Positions 1 through 12,520 are shown, numbered from the whole stretch's first letter. The stretch: 47,440 bases of DNA, filler included, from Sphacelaria rigidula (GCA_964200075.2; 2 parts of 2 records of this genome joined end to end with filler, not necessarily neighbours in it); one strand, 5' to 3'. Numbers and translations: made by a program. Notes: generated by a model not told the origin, from the letters alone.

Positions 1-66
<66 letters not shown>
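1..66. repeat. (CA)n microsatellite, truncated by window start
   Basis: Perfect CA dinucleotide run from base 1 to about 66. Confidence 0.98.
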
Positions 67-69
<3 letters not shown>

Positions 70-255
70 ATGTCAGACGTGCGACAGCTCAATAACTGAC
101 TGAGTATGCCCAACCAATTTCCTTGCTGCAGTATGTTCGCATACTCGGTACGAACGCATCCTTTCATCACCGCCGCGGAGTATCAGATAGCAGTTCGAAC
201 TGTGGCGTATCACATTTTTGTTTCCTAGTTTCCCAGGTATGCAAAGCATGTTCAC

Positions 256-357
256 CTCAGCCCTCATGAGGTCGTTTTGAACAGCCTGAAGCTCCCGTTT
301 ACTCTCCTCCTCCTTTGCCATCGCTCGTGCTCGTCGATCTCGTGCATGCCTTCGAGC
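256..357 (-). CDS. Internal exon of minus-strand IQ-motif gene 1 (ARRHARDRRARAMAKEEESKRELQAVQNDLMRAE, coiled-coil-like)
   Basis: Acceptor ttcacatag| and donor gag|gtgaac on the minus strand; 102 nt, phase 0-0, open frame. Confidence 0.6.
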
Positions 358-486
358 CTATGTGAAGTAGAGTCAACAATTATGGCGAGGACGACCAGAA
401 TCGCTTTGCACCAGTCTACTACAGCGACGTGGTGTTCACGCTGACAGCGAGACACTTGGAAGCCGTCAATGGCACCGACCGCGTAC

Positions 487-696
487 CTCCAGTGTACGAC
501 GTTTAGGAGTGCTACTTTGGTCTGTCTTCAGCTTCGACTTTACCCGCGCCCTGGCTTTCCTACTCTCGAAGCATGAGAGATTTGGAAAGCACTCGCTGTG
601 GCTGAAGCATTCTCGACCTCTTGGATCTTGAAGTGAGACCTCTTGTGCACCACACGACTCCTTAGTTTGATCAGCAGCACACGGAAATACAAAAAT
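487..696 (-). CDS. Putative internal exon of minus-strand IQ-motif gene 1 (acceptor could alternatively be at 741 or 559)
   Basis: Acceptor ctttcctatcag|, donor ggag|gtacgc at 486; open phase-0 frame ending RKARARVKSKLKTDQSSTPKRRTLE, compatible with the flanking exons. Confidence 0.45.
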
Positions 697-1005
697 CTGA
701 TAGGAAAGTGAATGCGAAAACCTGCCAGTTCCAAAGCCCACCTACAGTTATGAATGTACCTGCTCCGCCTGGCCCGCCTTGTGTGCTCCAGATTTTAGTT
801 GTTTCGGCCTCCAGAGTCATGAAAATCACACCCGCTCTGTATCTCTCCTTTTGAGGTCGAGCATCCCGTTACTGTGCGACTACGCCCGTTCTTACTTCCC
901 TCACGCGTTTCACAGTCATGTCAATAGTACCGCCACGCGCGCACGTATCACGGGTTTTCCCAAGACTTCGAGAATTTCTGTAAATCTACGACGGAGAACA
1001 CGCAC

Positions 1006-3411
1006 CTGCTCCCGCGCCCTCTTAAACTTTTCCTCCTCGGGATCTCGGTTTCTATCTTCTGTTTGTCTCACTCCCTCTCGACGTCGGTCCCCCGGTCCCC
1101 CGTGCTTCATCACTCCCTTACCAGCTGCGCCTCCACCACTTTCTGCCCCGCTGCCCTCCGTCCAATCATCGTGATTAATAGCCCGAGTGCTCCGCTTAGG
1201 ACTACCGGTGACGTTGCCCGCACGGGCGGTCAACATCAAATCATGCCTGCTCGGCGTATCATCAACTCTTGCGGGGGATGTACCGGTGGTATGCTTATGC
1301 TCCTCATGTTGATGACTGTGCTGCTGCTGCTCATGTCGTCGTTCCTCTTCCTCGGAGTGAAGTGATCGCAACGGTCGTCGCCGAGGAGGGGAGCGGTACA
1401 TACTATCAACGCCGACAATGGAAGATTCCAATTCGAAGGATCTATCTTCCCGATGCGAGATTGAGGATGGAAGCAGGGAGGGCACTCTACGCTTCACGGG
1501 TGAACCGCAGCAAGACGAAAGTGCTTCTTCATGCCCACGCTGATGAGAGTCATCCATATGTCGAGGTGAGAGACCACTGGGATCCACAACAGCTTCGTTG
1601 TGAGATTTATCACAGCCAATATCGTCGTCGCACAGGAAGCTTTGATCTTCAGCATCCGCCGCCATCTCCGCCGCGTCTGCTGCATCTGCTGCCGCTTCGG
1701 CGGCCCTTACCGAGGCGCTGGCCGCGGTCGCCGCCGCCGCCGCTGCTGCAGCGGCAGCCTTTGCTGCCGCCTTGCCCGGCGATGTCCAACCCACCGGTGC
1801 TGGAGATCGGGAATGGGAGCCATGAGTGTGAGGAACCTGCGTGTGGAGCGGGGACGAGCAAGGACTGCCGTGGTGGTGGTGGCGGTAGCGGTGGTGATGG
1901 TGGGCCGGGGTAATTGTTTTAGGAGATTGAGGCTTGTGTGGATGCGGGGGATGTTGGTTTTTGACGGCGTTGTCGGCGTGGCGATAGCTGTGGCAGCTTG
2001 GGTGTCCTGCGTTGCTGTTGCAATTCTTGTCAAGCTTCTTGTTATCTTCAGCAGAAATTGTAACACTTTTGGCTAATATACGACGTCGTGCGCCTAGTTG
2101 TATGCGCCTCGCTGCAGCGTCTTCGTTCATGGTCGTCTCTCCCTTTTTCTGTTGCTCTGTCGACATTTTGCCGCTTCGGACTCGACCTGGAACAGCCATG
2201 ATCGATGGGCTTTCATCTTGAGTATCCTTTCCGTGCAGCCGACGCCTCACATGCTTTTGAATGCGCCTTGCCGCAACGTGCTGGTCGTCCCCCGGCTCAG
2301 CGGTCAAGTGCTTTCTTTTCAGATTCCGCTGGGCAGGCTCCTGTATTCGTCTGATCGCCTCACCGTGCTCTTTGTCATCCCCGCCGTTTCTACCATTTCC
2401 ACTCTTGGACGACGACGGTAGCTGTGACTTGGCGCTTAAAGTCGTCCGATTATTGCGGCCGCGCCTGGACCACTGGCCCCGCGTGACCTTTTGTATCCGA
2501 GTAGCAGCCTCGTGTTGTCGACAGGTGTCTTGCTCGTTGATGCCTGTCCCGTGCTCCCTCCCCCTGCGGCTTGTTCTGGTAAACGATGATTCTCGCGGAC
2601 CGTCTTCGTCGTAGGTGACCTCGGACTTCCCTCGTGACGACAACGGTCTACTGGAGGAATGGGATTCAGTCTGTTTCTGGGCAAATTCATGGTCTCGGTC
2701 TGCCTCAGGGACGTCATTGTTTCCTCCTTCTGCTTGGTCGTCGTTCTCATTCCCACTATCTTCATTATCGCTCCTTTCTTCCTCGCTGCTTTCGTCGGCA
2801 GCAGACCCACCATCGGTCGAGACGTCTTTTCGTTCATCACCCGAATTTTCACGCCCAGATACAGTATCCTCTACACTATCATCACTGCTCTTGCTAGATA
2901 GATGGCTGCGATCTGAAATTAGCGGCGAAGGTTCCTTGCACCTATCCGATCGCCTCGAGTCTAGTAGTCGCTTGTCATCGCCTTCATTGACACTCTCTTC
3001 TTCGTTTTCACTACTACTATCGTCGTCACTCCGCCCTCGGCTGTCCTCTTGACCGCTGGCACTGCTCCCGTCGTTCACTTCTGATGCACTCAGATTATCC
3101 TCGCGCTCGCTCATCGATGTCTGTGCACTGTCATGTTCACTTTCGTCGGGGTCTTGCTCCGAATCATTACCCGTCTCAGCTGAATCGTCATCATGAGTTG
3201 CACCGTTACCCTCCACCTCGGCATCACTGTCGTTGTCGCTTCTATCGTCGCTACTGTTTTCAATACTCTCAGATTGTTTCTCTTGGTCATCATCAGCCGC
3301 CGTATCGGTGCCGCTGCCACTATTTTCATCCTCCGTTCCACTGTTCGCATCTTCCTCTTCATGTTGGGAAGAACTTGTCCCTGACGTGGCCGAAGATGGC
3401 CGTGAAGGCAT
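1006..3411 (-). CDS. Large first exon (about 802 aa) of a disordered protein: D/E/S-rich N-terminus, four IQ-like calmodulin-binding motifs, His-rich and poly-Ala tracts
   Basis: 831-aa ORF 916..3411 with an in-frame stop just upstream of the ATG. Motifs AATRIQKVTRGQWSRR, AIRRIQEPAQRNLKRK, AARRIQKHVRRRLHGK, AARRIQLGARRRILAK. Probable donor gagcag|gtgcgt at 1005. Confidence 0.8.
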
Positions 3412-4141
3412 CGCACAAAGTCAGAGAGAGGACAATAGCGTCGTCCACCGCTCTAAAAACAATGCCGGCTATTGTCCGACCACGACTCCTACCGCAAGAT
3501 CAGGTACTGAGCGCTTGCCCTCGTCTACCTCGAATCCTTTGTTGCTCTAGCTTCAGTATAGCATGGCGTGCAGATTCATCGCTGTGGCAGCAACGACTGC
3601 GAGTCGTCTGATTGCTTGGAAGTCCTCAAGACGCACGCGAGACGGTCCAATCTACTAACCAAGGGGTCATGATGTATGATTCCAGCTGAGATGTGAGGTT
3701 ATAAGGTCCTAGGGGATCAAACAGCTCATTCAAAATCGTTCGAAGAATGGCTCTCATCATATGTGTCACACGACAACAGGATCGTGCAGCTACTCCCACA
3801 GATCTACCGAAAAGTAAAGTGTACCATGTACGAGTGCTACTACTGTAGTAGAAAACACGCGTCCGGTGGCCTTCAAAATAAAAAACCGTTGATACGGAAA
3901 CGGATCCGCCGCCGTTTTGGGTTGCTGAACCAATTCGTAACCGCCACAGGGAGTTCAACCACATGAAGGCATGTTCTACGTATGTCACAATGTAGGCACA
4001 TTGGCCCGTTCCAACCTCCTCCCGTTTTGTTGTCGTACTGTCCGAGCTCTCGGCGCTGCTTCTCTCAGTCCTTGACCCTTGAGTAGATGTTTTCTGCTCA
4101 ACCGAGCTTGCCTTGCCTCCAGTGCAAGTAGAAGCCGTTAC
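3412..4141. promoter_or_regulatory. Probable bidirectional promoter / 5' UTR region between IQ gene 1 (-) and the USP gene (+)
   Basis: Divergent ATGs at 3411 (-) and 4142 (+), 730 bp apart; no TE recognised here, unlike the surrounding introns. Confidence 0.45.
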
Positions 4142-4805
4142 ATGGGCGCATCTGCTTCACGCTACACAATTGCACAGCAGCCATCTGACGATCGTGGCAA
4201 AAGCAGACGGAAAAAGCTCTCTTCAAAAGGTGTCACTAAAGTTGCCTCGGCAGCTTCCACCGACAGGAAGAAGCGCCATAGCAGCAGTGCTAGCAGCCGG
4301 CCTGCAACAGGGTCGACCACTAGGAGACTTACAATCGCCAGCAGCGCCGGCATTGTCAACAGAGTCGCGAAATCAGATTCGAGAAATACCGGCAGCCGCC
4401 GTACCCCTGTAGACGACTTCAACACCGAGAGGAGTGACAGAGTCAAGGCTAGGGCTGGGCGGCAGCAAGGTGGCGGCGGCGGCGGCAGCAGCAGCGATCG
4501 AAGCAGGCGGCAAGCTACTAACGGAGTTGAGCATCAAGCTAGTTGGTCTTTCGGAGGGCATCGCTTGCTACTTGGCGGCAACGACTCAAGGAGCAATAGG
4601 ACTGGAACGAATAGTAAGACTTTTCATTCTGCAGGAACCGACCCGGGGGGCCGCCCGCGCAGAGATCGTGCTGCTTCGGCGGATACTTCGCTCTCTAAAG
4701 TGAGACCGGTCTCACTGCCTGCGGGAGCACACAGGAGTGCGATGAGCACCGGCGGTGTTCCTCCCAAGCAGGAAAGGAACTGGCTGGGTTTTCGCAGGAA
4801 CCGAG
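4142..4805 (+). CDS. USP gene exon 1: basic, Ser/Arg/Gly-rich disordered N-terminus starting MGASAS
   Basis: ATG 4142 within ORF 4079..5110; donor ccgag|gtgtgt, phase 1, matches the phase-1 acceptor at 13815. Confidence 0.7.
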
Positions 4806-5398
4806 GTGTGTTCTCGGGATGTTGGGACGTAACGAACTGCAGTGCCGTCTGTGCCGTCTGTGCCCTTCGTGTTTTTTTTTTTCCGTTGTCCTATTTGTGC
4901 CGGTGTTCTTGTTGGTATTATGTGTTGGGCATGGCGTCCCGTCGAGGCGTGCTGAACTCACGAACGTGTTGGGGGGACACACATCGGGCGCCGGAGAAAT
5001 GGCCTATAACGAAACAAACTTCGTTTTCGATTGCATGTCGTCCAATTGCATATCTCAGAAATATCGGTGACATGATAGGATGCAGTAAGCAAACACGTAT
5101 CGGTGTCTGATGCGTGCTGTGTTGAACGTCCTCATCGTCAACATTTGGGCGCGAAGCCGGCTTTCGGAATAATATCACCAGCCCTTGGGCGCCGCTAGTA
5201 TACCTCCTTTCAAACGCCTCACACCCGACGACCTTCGATGGCGATCAACCCGACTCTATATCTTATTGGCTTCCTCTTTTTTGCGCGTAGCATCCTTCCT
5301 GACAACGTATTGTGTATCATGTGGTGCCCAACCCGTGATTCGTGTATTGACGGGTCAAAACCATTGCGCTCCCCTGTATTTCCAGTGGTGAACCTATA

Positions 5399-5560
5399 TC
5401 GGTCACCCCAGTGGCCCAGTTGATGGCCTCGAAACCTCGCGGACGGTTCGGTCGCGGGTTCGAATCTCGGAGCGATCTGGGATTTCTTCTCACACAGTCC
5501 TCAACAGTGGAGAGCGGCTATGTCGTGGGTACACAAAATTCGACTTACTCACACACACAA
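5399..5560 (+). mobile_element. tRNA-derived SINE family A, short copy (head plus CA tail)
   Basis: A-box-like gtggcccagttgatgg, B-box gggttcgaatctc, then a body shared with the copies at 9782, 19103 and 27525. Confidence 0.8.
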
Positions 5561-5774
5561 CGTAGAGTCCATCCATCTGCGTGGCGTGGCGTGGCGTCCA
5601 AGGGATGATGATCTCACGGAGCGCCCAAGGCTTTCTGTTTCGAGAATACGACTAGATATTCCCGCAGACATTAGTTGCAGGGCAGTTTCATGCATCAATG
5701 GTCTTTTCATGGACGTCGAGCGCGTAACCAGGCGGTGTCTTGGGCCGTGTCTTGGGCCGTGTCTTCGCACATCA

Positions 5775-6047
5775 TTTTACGATCGAAATCGTGCGGGGGA
5801 AAAGAAAAACTCCGATCTGTCAGGTGGTTTCAGCTATCGTGGTTTATTTTGAGGATGGTTGAAATCACGACCCATCACATCAGATATTATTTTTCCCACC
5901 GCACATTTTCGATTGCAACGGTGTGCTGGAAAACAAATATTCCTAACTAATAGGCCGTGATTTCAACCATCGTCCACGTAAATTACGATGGTTTAACTAC
6001 AACCTATCACATGGGAGTTTACCTTTTCCACCGCACCTTTTCGATAA
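5775..6047. repeat. Hairpin MITE family P, copy with an extra arm
   Basis: Inverted arms cgatcgaaatcgtgcggggg.../...cccaccgcacattttcgat; related to 7112-7240 and 19836-19978. Confidence 0.65.
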
Positions 6048-7111
6048 AACAGTAATGTGCTAAATAAGGGCGTGTCTTCTAATGCGTGAAAAAATAGTAC
6101 GTTGAAAAAGAAAAGGTATTTTGATAAGACGCTGATACCCACGCTGATACCCACTTCTTATGTGATAAAAAAAAATGCGTTATATATACATATTTTATTA
6201 ATCTGACAACATTTTCCGATAGCCCAAAGTTTATCACGATTTTATCATGACCTTGGGCTATCAAAAATGTTCTTGGAAAAACGTTCGAAATCACACCGCC
6301 CGCCAACACGACAACCTACAGCCCACGACAGCACCCATGATGGCTTGGCTGCCATCACTACTGCTGTTGCTGGTTCTCGCGGGCAGTGGGCGTGTTGCTT
6401 CATTGCCCTTCGCTCGCCAGTAACGTGGTGGCTCTTCAACCCATGAGAGCAGCAGAGGGCAGGGTTGATACCGAGTGCTGTACAGACAACAGTCTTTATT
6501 TGGTCCGTATGGTATCGTTGCTCAGTACAGGTCTGTGCATGCAGCGTGTTGCCAACAGCAGTTGCAATGCAATACAGACTGACTGCCCACACAATAAAGT
6601 CTTGTGGAGATAGGACAGTACTGACTGTACACCCAAGACCATGAGTAGTGCTATTAAAATACTGTAGTACTAGCCAACGCATACAATACAGCGCTGTCTG
6701 TACTGATGCCCGTGCTGTCCGTACAACCAAGTACTACCGTGCAACGAGAGGCAAAACTGTCAGTTCTACCGTCAGTTAGTACAGCAAGGCGGTGTTCTTA
6801 CTGACCGTCTCGCGTCACGCAGCCCACCATGTATTGCTCGGTCAATACTCCGGAGTGTGTATTACAGTGGTACAGACAGACAGCACGGACCGTACACCAT
6901 GACACGACAGCAGAGTACTGTCTTTCTCTCGCACCCCCCAGATTTTTTTTAATTATGCCCACGCGGTCTGTGAAAAACAGTGAGTACTGCTTTTCCAATT
7001 TTTTGTGATAGCTTCGATCACGTAAAAAAGAGCTACTTAAAATTTTTCTCTTGACAACCGTGTTGTTGAAAATGGCATTTTTGATAATGACGGGGTTTTT
7101 TATGCGTCATT

Positions 7112-7240
7112 TCTTCGATCGAAAATGTGCGGTGGGAAAGGTAAACTCCGATCTGATAGGTCGTGGTTTCAGCCATCGTATTTTGTGTTGATATCACGAC
7201 CTAGCAGATCGGAATTTCCATTTTCCACCGCACTTTCTTG
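7112..7240. repeat. Hairpin MITE family P copy
   Basis: tcgatcgaaaatgtgcggtgggaaaggtaaactccgatctg...cagatcggaatttccattttccaccgcacttt inverted arms. Confidence 0.7.
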
Positions 7241-7518
7241 AACGAAGAACCAGGTATAAAGAACAAACAGCCAAAAACGGTCAAATGTAGAAAAATCTGC
7301 CAATTTATTTGGACTTGATTTTCTTTGGACAAAAGTGCTTTCTTGACCCGAAATATAACCTGCGGCCACGGGAAAACGCGAAGATGTCCTGGAGCCGTCT
7401 CAACCAGTAGAGCGAGTCATTCCAAGGTGCCAAACTCTGCCTAGCTCTCTTCAAGGGCGCAAGACGATGAAGAGGCAGAAATAATTCCAAGCTCGAAACT
7501 TACGTCGAGTGCTACAGT

Positions 7519-8879
7519 CAGGATTGCATATCGGACCGAGAATAAAGTGCGATAGATATTCTTAGAATATCGACAACCGACGATACCGATATTTTTGTCG
7601 ATATCGCGAAAATGATACGATAGGTATCGAGTATCGATATTCGATACGATACGGCTGTCTTGGTATGGCCGCAGTGTACAAGACCGAGCAGTACACTGGC
7701 ACACTGACACCCTCACTAACTATTGTAGGTCGCTCAGGATACCACATCCCCTCGACAGATCTTCAAAGCTCCCTCACTCCTCACCAGAAGCGATGACAGG
7801 GCCTAACCAGGCGGCGTTGCAACCATCTAGTCGAGAGAAAGTAATGGAGCTTTGGAAATCGCTCCTGAGAGAGGGTGTGATATCTCAAGCAATCTACAGT
7901 AGTTTCCAGTAGACAGCAGTGGATACATGATTTACAGCAGCAGGTAGTGTGCAAATTGACATCATAGCAGCGACGGCATGCGGTGATACAGCTGTCTTGC
8001 GAATATATTTCGTCGTGCAAGAAGTGGTTGATCACAGCGGGCCAGGTGTGGTATTGATGATACTATTTTCGTTTCTACGGTCACTATTCCGTGTGTTGCC
8101 ATCGAATGAGCGCATACCTCGACTCTGCACATTCATGAGAAACGGAAGAGGTGTCAAACCTCAAACATGCACAAGCTCAAATGCGAGCTCTTTTTTTTCC
8201 ACGTTCTTCAATACCAATCACAGGAAACGTCGGCAGCATGCGTCAAGTTTTAATTTTTGGATGCCAATATATATACTCCCTATATATTTGTATGTCACCA
8301 ACGAAAAAGAAGAAAACACGAAGCTTGAAACAATTTGAATGTCCACACTAATGGATGTAGAGGAAAATAAACCCAACACTCGTCAAACATGAAGGGAAGG
8401 CGAAGCGACAGTACCATCTCCTCATACTCCGAAGGTCAGCTGTTTCCTACTGTTATCTACAGCTTTGCATTGATCGTGATCTCATTTCTACTCCGCCACG
8501 CCGCCCGTATGTTGCCGTTGGTAAATACCCCCGCTGAATCATATCGCTAAACCCTAAACCCACGAGGGCATTAGCGGTGTGTGGTGTGTGAAGGGGACCT
8601 TGTGGACTGAGGGATGTGGGGGGGGCAGGGTTACACATCAACTGGGGTCTGCCGGTCGAGAAATACCACCCCTCTGCGTTTACTGTCACGACCGTTTCGA
8701 GAAATTGAGCGAATGTGACGAAAAATAAACAAACATATCGAGCATATCGATATTTGATATTGATATTTGATATTGATACATATCGCATATATCGGTTTTC
8801 TACGCTCCTATACCGATATGGCATATCGCCGATATTTATCGAAATCCTATCGATTATCGATATCCGATGTGCAACCCTG
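7519..8879. mobile_element. Non-autonomous hAT-type DNA transposon (1361 bp)
   Basis: TIRs CAGGATTGCATATCGGA / rc CAGGGTTGCACATCGGA (15/17); perfect 8-bp TSD GCTACAGT at 7511-7518 and 8880-8887; both subtermini are dense in ATATCG/CGATA motifs. Confidence 0.9.
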
Positions 8880-9008
8880 GCTACAGTGGTATATTTCAAT
8901 CCCCCCAAATTTCGGGATGAAAAGGTCACGGCAATTGTTCTTCGTGACCACAACACCTGGAAGAGAATATGATGGAATAATGAGTCGATCATATCTTCTC
9001 GACGTTAT

Positions 9009-9112
9009 CCCTTTGACCACGATGCGGGTAGTCCATCTGAATCACGCGTACTTTCCCCAGTAAAGTTGATACCGATTTAGCAACTGACCTACCTACCCTC
9101 GCGGTCAAAGGG
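9009..9112. mobile_element. piggyBac-like mini element (104 bp)
   Basis: Ends CCCTTTGACCACGA...TCGCGGTCAAAGGG; flanked by TTAT (left) and TTAA (right). Confidence 0.5.
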
Positions 9113-9781
9113 TTAACCTGTTCAGCGCGCGCGGCCAACGGAAAGACCTGCCCAGTCTTGCCGAAATTGGTGGATGACAAAAGCGTAGGCGTAGGAGGGT
9201 GCTTGTGGCGGTCCGGGCGCTCAACAGATTTTATTTCGCGTATCACTTTTGACCGAAATCATTGCAGTCCAATATTGTTGAGGGGGCGAATTGGGGGGAT
9301 ACGTCGGCCGTCTCCCGGAGGCTCAGCAGAACAAGCAACCACTGATGGAAGCAGGATGTTCCGGGGAGGTCAAGCTTACCACTGAGGGTTCTCTGCGTGT
9401 TGATCATTTGCGTGTCAACGTGCGTTCGTCCTGCTTACTTGGCTGTTCAGGGCAGAGGAGGGAGAGGAAATTCCGCTCACCTCCGGCCCAAAATCAAAAT
9501 ACCTCCTAACCACACCAACACACGCCCCGCCTTGAGCACGTACACCCCCCACCAAATATGCGACACGCCCCCTCGGCTGTTCAGCAGCAAACAGTTGTGC
9601 CTGTGTGTTGACCTAACCCCGACAAAGGCAAAAGAAAACTCTCGGGTGCGGAGGGTGCAGAGGGTGTCCTAGGTAAAGAGTGCGTTGGCAGACGTCAAAT
9701 GGGCGCCTGCGGCGTCGATTTTGAACGAAGACACATTGTGGACGAGCTATTGATGGGTGCACTTGAGACTGTCAGCCCCCC

Positions 9782-10148
9782 TGTGTTGTCGTGTGTGTTG
9801 TCATCCCATCTATTCTGGACGCCGGTCTGCACCTTTCGGTATACGTGGGCGCGCCAGCCGGGGTCACACAGGAAGAAGGTCAACACAAGAGCTCTTTCTC
9901 TTTTGTTTGTTTTTAGTACTCGACCTTCCTTCTGCGGTGTTTGCCTTTATTTTTTTATCGCGAGAAGAGTTCAGCAGTCCCTTCCCCTCGTCGACCGTTG
10001 AGTCGACTTTTGCGGTTCCACGACGTAGTCGCTCTCCACTGTTGGGCATGGTGCGAGAAATAAATCCCAGATCGCTCCTAGATTTGAACCCACGACCCAA
10101 CCGTCAGAAGGTTTCGAGTTTACCAACTGAACCACCGCGGCGACCGGC
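9782..10148 (-). mobile_element. tRNA-derived SINE family A, full-length copy (about 365 bp, CA-repeat tail)
   Basis: On the minus strand: gtggttcagttggt A box, gggttcaaatct B box, shared body, ending gatgacaacacacac. Confidence 0.88.
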
Positions 10149-10892
10149 TTCAAAGATCCAAATGTCGATGTTCACTCTAAAATCAAGTAATATCAAGTAC
10201 CAACCATTGTGTACTACCAATGGTTGGGGTCCACCGCTTCCTTCGGAAGATCAGAGGCCTTGGCAGCGCGACGTCGAGAGAGCCATGACGCTATCGCCTA
10301 CAGCTCGGCCACAGCAGCCCTCAAATTCACATGCACGTTGGGCACCGCGTTTGCACCCCTGTAACCATGACAAAAAGCACAGCACGACGAAATGGCCGCG
10401 GCGTTAAGTATCAGTGCAGTGTAGTCCATAATCCGGTGTCGATTTTTCCCGTCTACTATGACCATAGTCCATACTTCAATAAAGTAAATGAACATACATG
10501 TAAAAATTGGAACGATGCAAATGCCATATTTTTACTGTTATGTTTTTTGCGATGATCTATTGAAACCGAACATCATCGAGTTGGGCAATACTCGTGAGTG
10601 CTCTAAATTACAACTGATGAGCATACAACCATCGGAAAATATCATTTTCAAGGACCACACAGGGGACGAGTGAAGAAATTCCCGTTTTTCGCACGTAACA
10701 TGGGGGTGCGATATCTCCGTTCACAGATTTATATTGCAAGCGAAAAAAAAAGTCCTATAAAAGGTGTATGTTCAATTCGTCCGAATCCGAGGGTTTTTTC
10801 GACATTCCTCGGTCCAATATCAAGCATTAATCTCCACCACTGGAGCAAAAGGAGGGGGGGGGGAGGGAGGGATTTCACACACTAGATAGTAA

Positions 10893-11016
10893 CATGGACT
10901 ATTACATTGCCAAAAAGTGTACTGCGTACAAAATCGACTATTGCGTCTATTGCAATAGAGAATAGGTTCCATACTCTACGAAGTACACTTTCTGACAATG
11001 TAATATATTGTCCAGT
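10893..11016. repeat. Small hairpin / MITE-like inverted repeat
   Basis: ggactattacattgccaaaaagtgtactgcgta ... tacgaagtacactttctgacaatgtaatatattgtcc. Confidence 0.6.
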
Positions 11017-11079
11017 TTGTGGTTTATTTCGCTTTTCTCACTTATTGTAAGCAATTTTTTTGGCTTTGACAGAAAGTTT

Positions 11080-11616
11080 CAAGGTTGTGTTCTGTAGGGT
11101 ATAAATGTATACCGGGGGTATTTTCCCGGGTATTTACCGCACCCGAGAGTTCTGTGAAGTCTCGAAGACTTTCATACCCTTACCCGATAGTTCTGTGAGT
11201 TCTGTAAGCCTCCCGTACCGTTACCGGGGACACGGGTATGCTCTTGATAGGATACCCGGTTGCGGGTACGTTTTTCTGTGCAGTCAGCATACTCTGCTCG
11301 ACAGTTTCTGTGAGTTTGTACGCCTCCCATGTAGTTGCCCCGACAGTTCTATGAGCTCTGTACATGATGTATGCCTGTACCCGGAGCGCGGGTATGCCCT
11401 GAAAGAAATGCACGATTGCCGGTTCTGTACGGTTTTCTGTAAGCCTCCCGTACCGTACCCGACAAGTTCTGTAATTTCTGTCAGATTTTCAAACCGGTAC
11501 CCGACATTTGTGTAAGTTCTGCAAGACTTTCATACCGGTACCCGATATTTGTGTAAGTTCCGTGAGGAATCCCACACCCTATATAATATACCCGTACCCT
11601 ACAGAACACAACCTTG
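11080..11616. mobile_element. hAT-type MITE (537 bp) with internal short repeats
   Basis: 22-bp TIR CAAGGTTGTGTTCTGTAGGGTA; 8-bp TSD GAAAGTTT/GAAAGTTG (7/8); internal repeats of taccggtacccg and agttctgt. Confidence 0.88.
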
Positions 11617-11927
11617 GAAAGTTGCCCCCTGCCAAGACACGCTAAAATCTGGTGTTGGAAATCAAACAAGACCCTTTCTCGAGCTCCGAAATATTGATCG
11701 GTTCACCTGAAGCATGATTTTCTCTTAGCACGAAACTATCATTAAGGAGAGTTGGATCCGCCGGAAACACAGCTTTTCTAACGAAATATTCCATGTTCTC
11801 TGAAGCTTATGAAATTGGGTTCGGAAACCCTCCACATGTGGATGTCGAATGTAATGAAAATTGCACACCATGGATGGCAGATTACGTTGGGTGAATGCGT
11901 ACGGCGAACAGTATGGAATCTAGTGAC

Positions 11928-12157
11928 GGTTAAGACGAATCATCACGGGTTCGAATCACGAAAATCCACGATTTCTTCGGCCTGGTTGCCCAAAAGGGAG
12001 AAAAAAAATTGACCGCGGGTCCAAGGGGTATCCACGCAACTTTTGCGCCATTCCACGTGCCTGGGCTGCGTGTAGCTAGGTTGCAACGCTGAAAACAAAG
12101 CCCAGGGATTGATTCGTACGATTCGAATCAAGTACACTAAAACCAAGTAATTTCCAG
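11928..12157 (-). repeat. Interspersed repeat family C (about 200-bp core with short inverted ends, plus one 30-bp minisatellite unit)
   Basis: Reverse-complement similarity to 14937-15140, 33945-34140 and 43689-43883. Confidence 0.75.
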
Positions 12158-12205
12158 ATGAATCATTGATTTATCCGGCCCTTGAATCTATTGCCCGTTG
12201 TAATA

Positions 12206-12520
12206 GCCGCCGCACCCCGGTGGTGTAATGGTCCGACTGTCGCCATTAGGGTGGAAAGAATGAGGGTTTGATTCCAGATGCGTTGGGTTTTTCTTCGTAA
12301 TATTTGATTCCCACCGCGGGAAGCGTGAGAACGTGAGGAAATAAAAAGTAGTGGAGTGAGTTTATTTGACGTGAATTGACGCGGTGTGGGAGTGCTCACC
12401 CCATCCGCGAGACGAACATGCAAGGCGTGTACCGGGGAGAGAGATAGGCTGATCCCTTGAGACCACGGAGTCATCCCGCGGAAGGGGAGGGGTTCGAAGT
12501 GCGACAAATGAATAAATGAA
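12206..12520 (+). mobile_element. tRNA-derived SINE family B (about 315 bp, AATG/AATA tail)
   Basis: A box tggtgtaatgg, B box gggtttgattcc; head nearly identical to 47366-47440; ends gcgacaaatgaataaatgaa. Confidence 0.8.

Noticed and set aside
779..3611. Numerous overlapping ORFs on the plus strand and in alternative frames
   Set aside because: Shadow ORFs of the GC-rich, low-complexity minus-strand exon; no independent motifs.
8547..8561. Telomere-like CTAAACCCTAAACCC
   Set aside because: Only two units inside a hAT element; consistent with chance.
11105..11515. 136-aa ORF
   Set aside because: Lies wholly within the hAT MITE's internal repeats; no transposase motifs.
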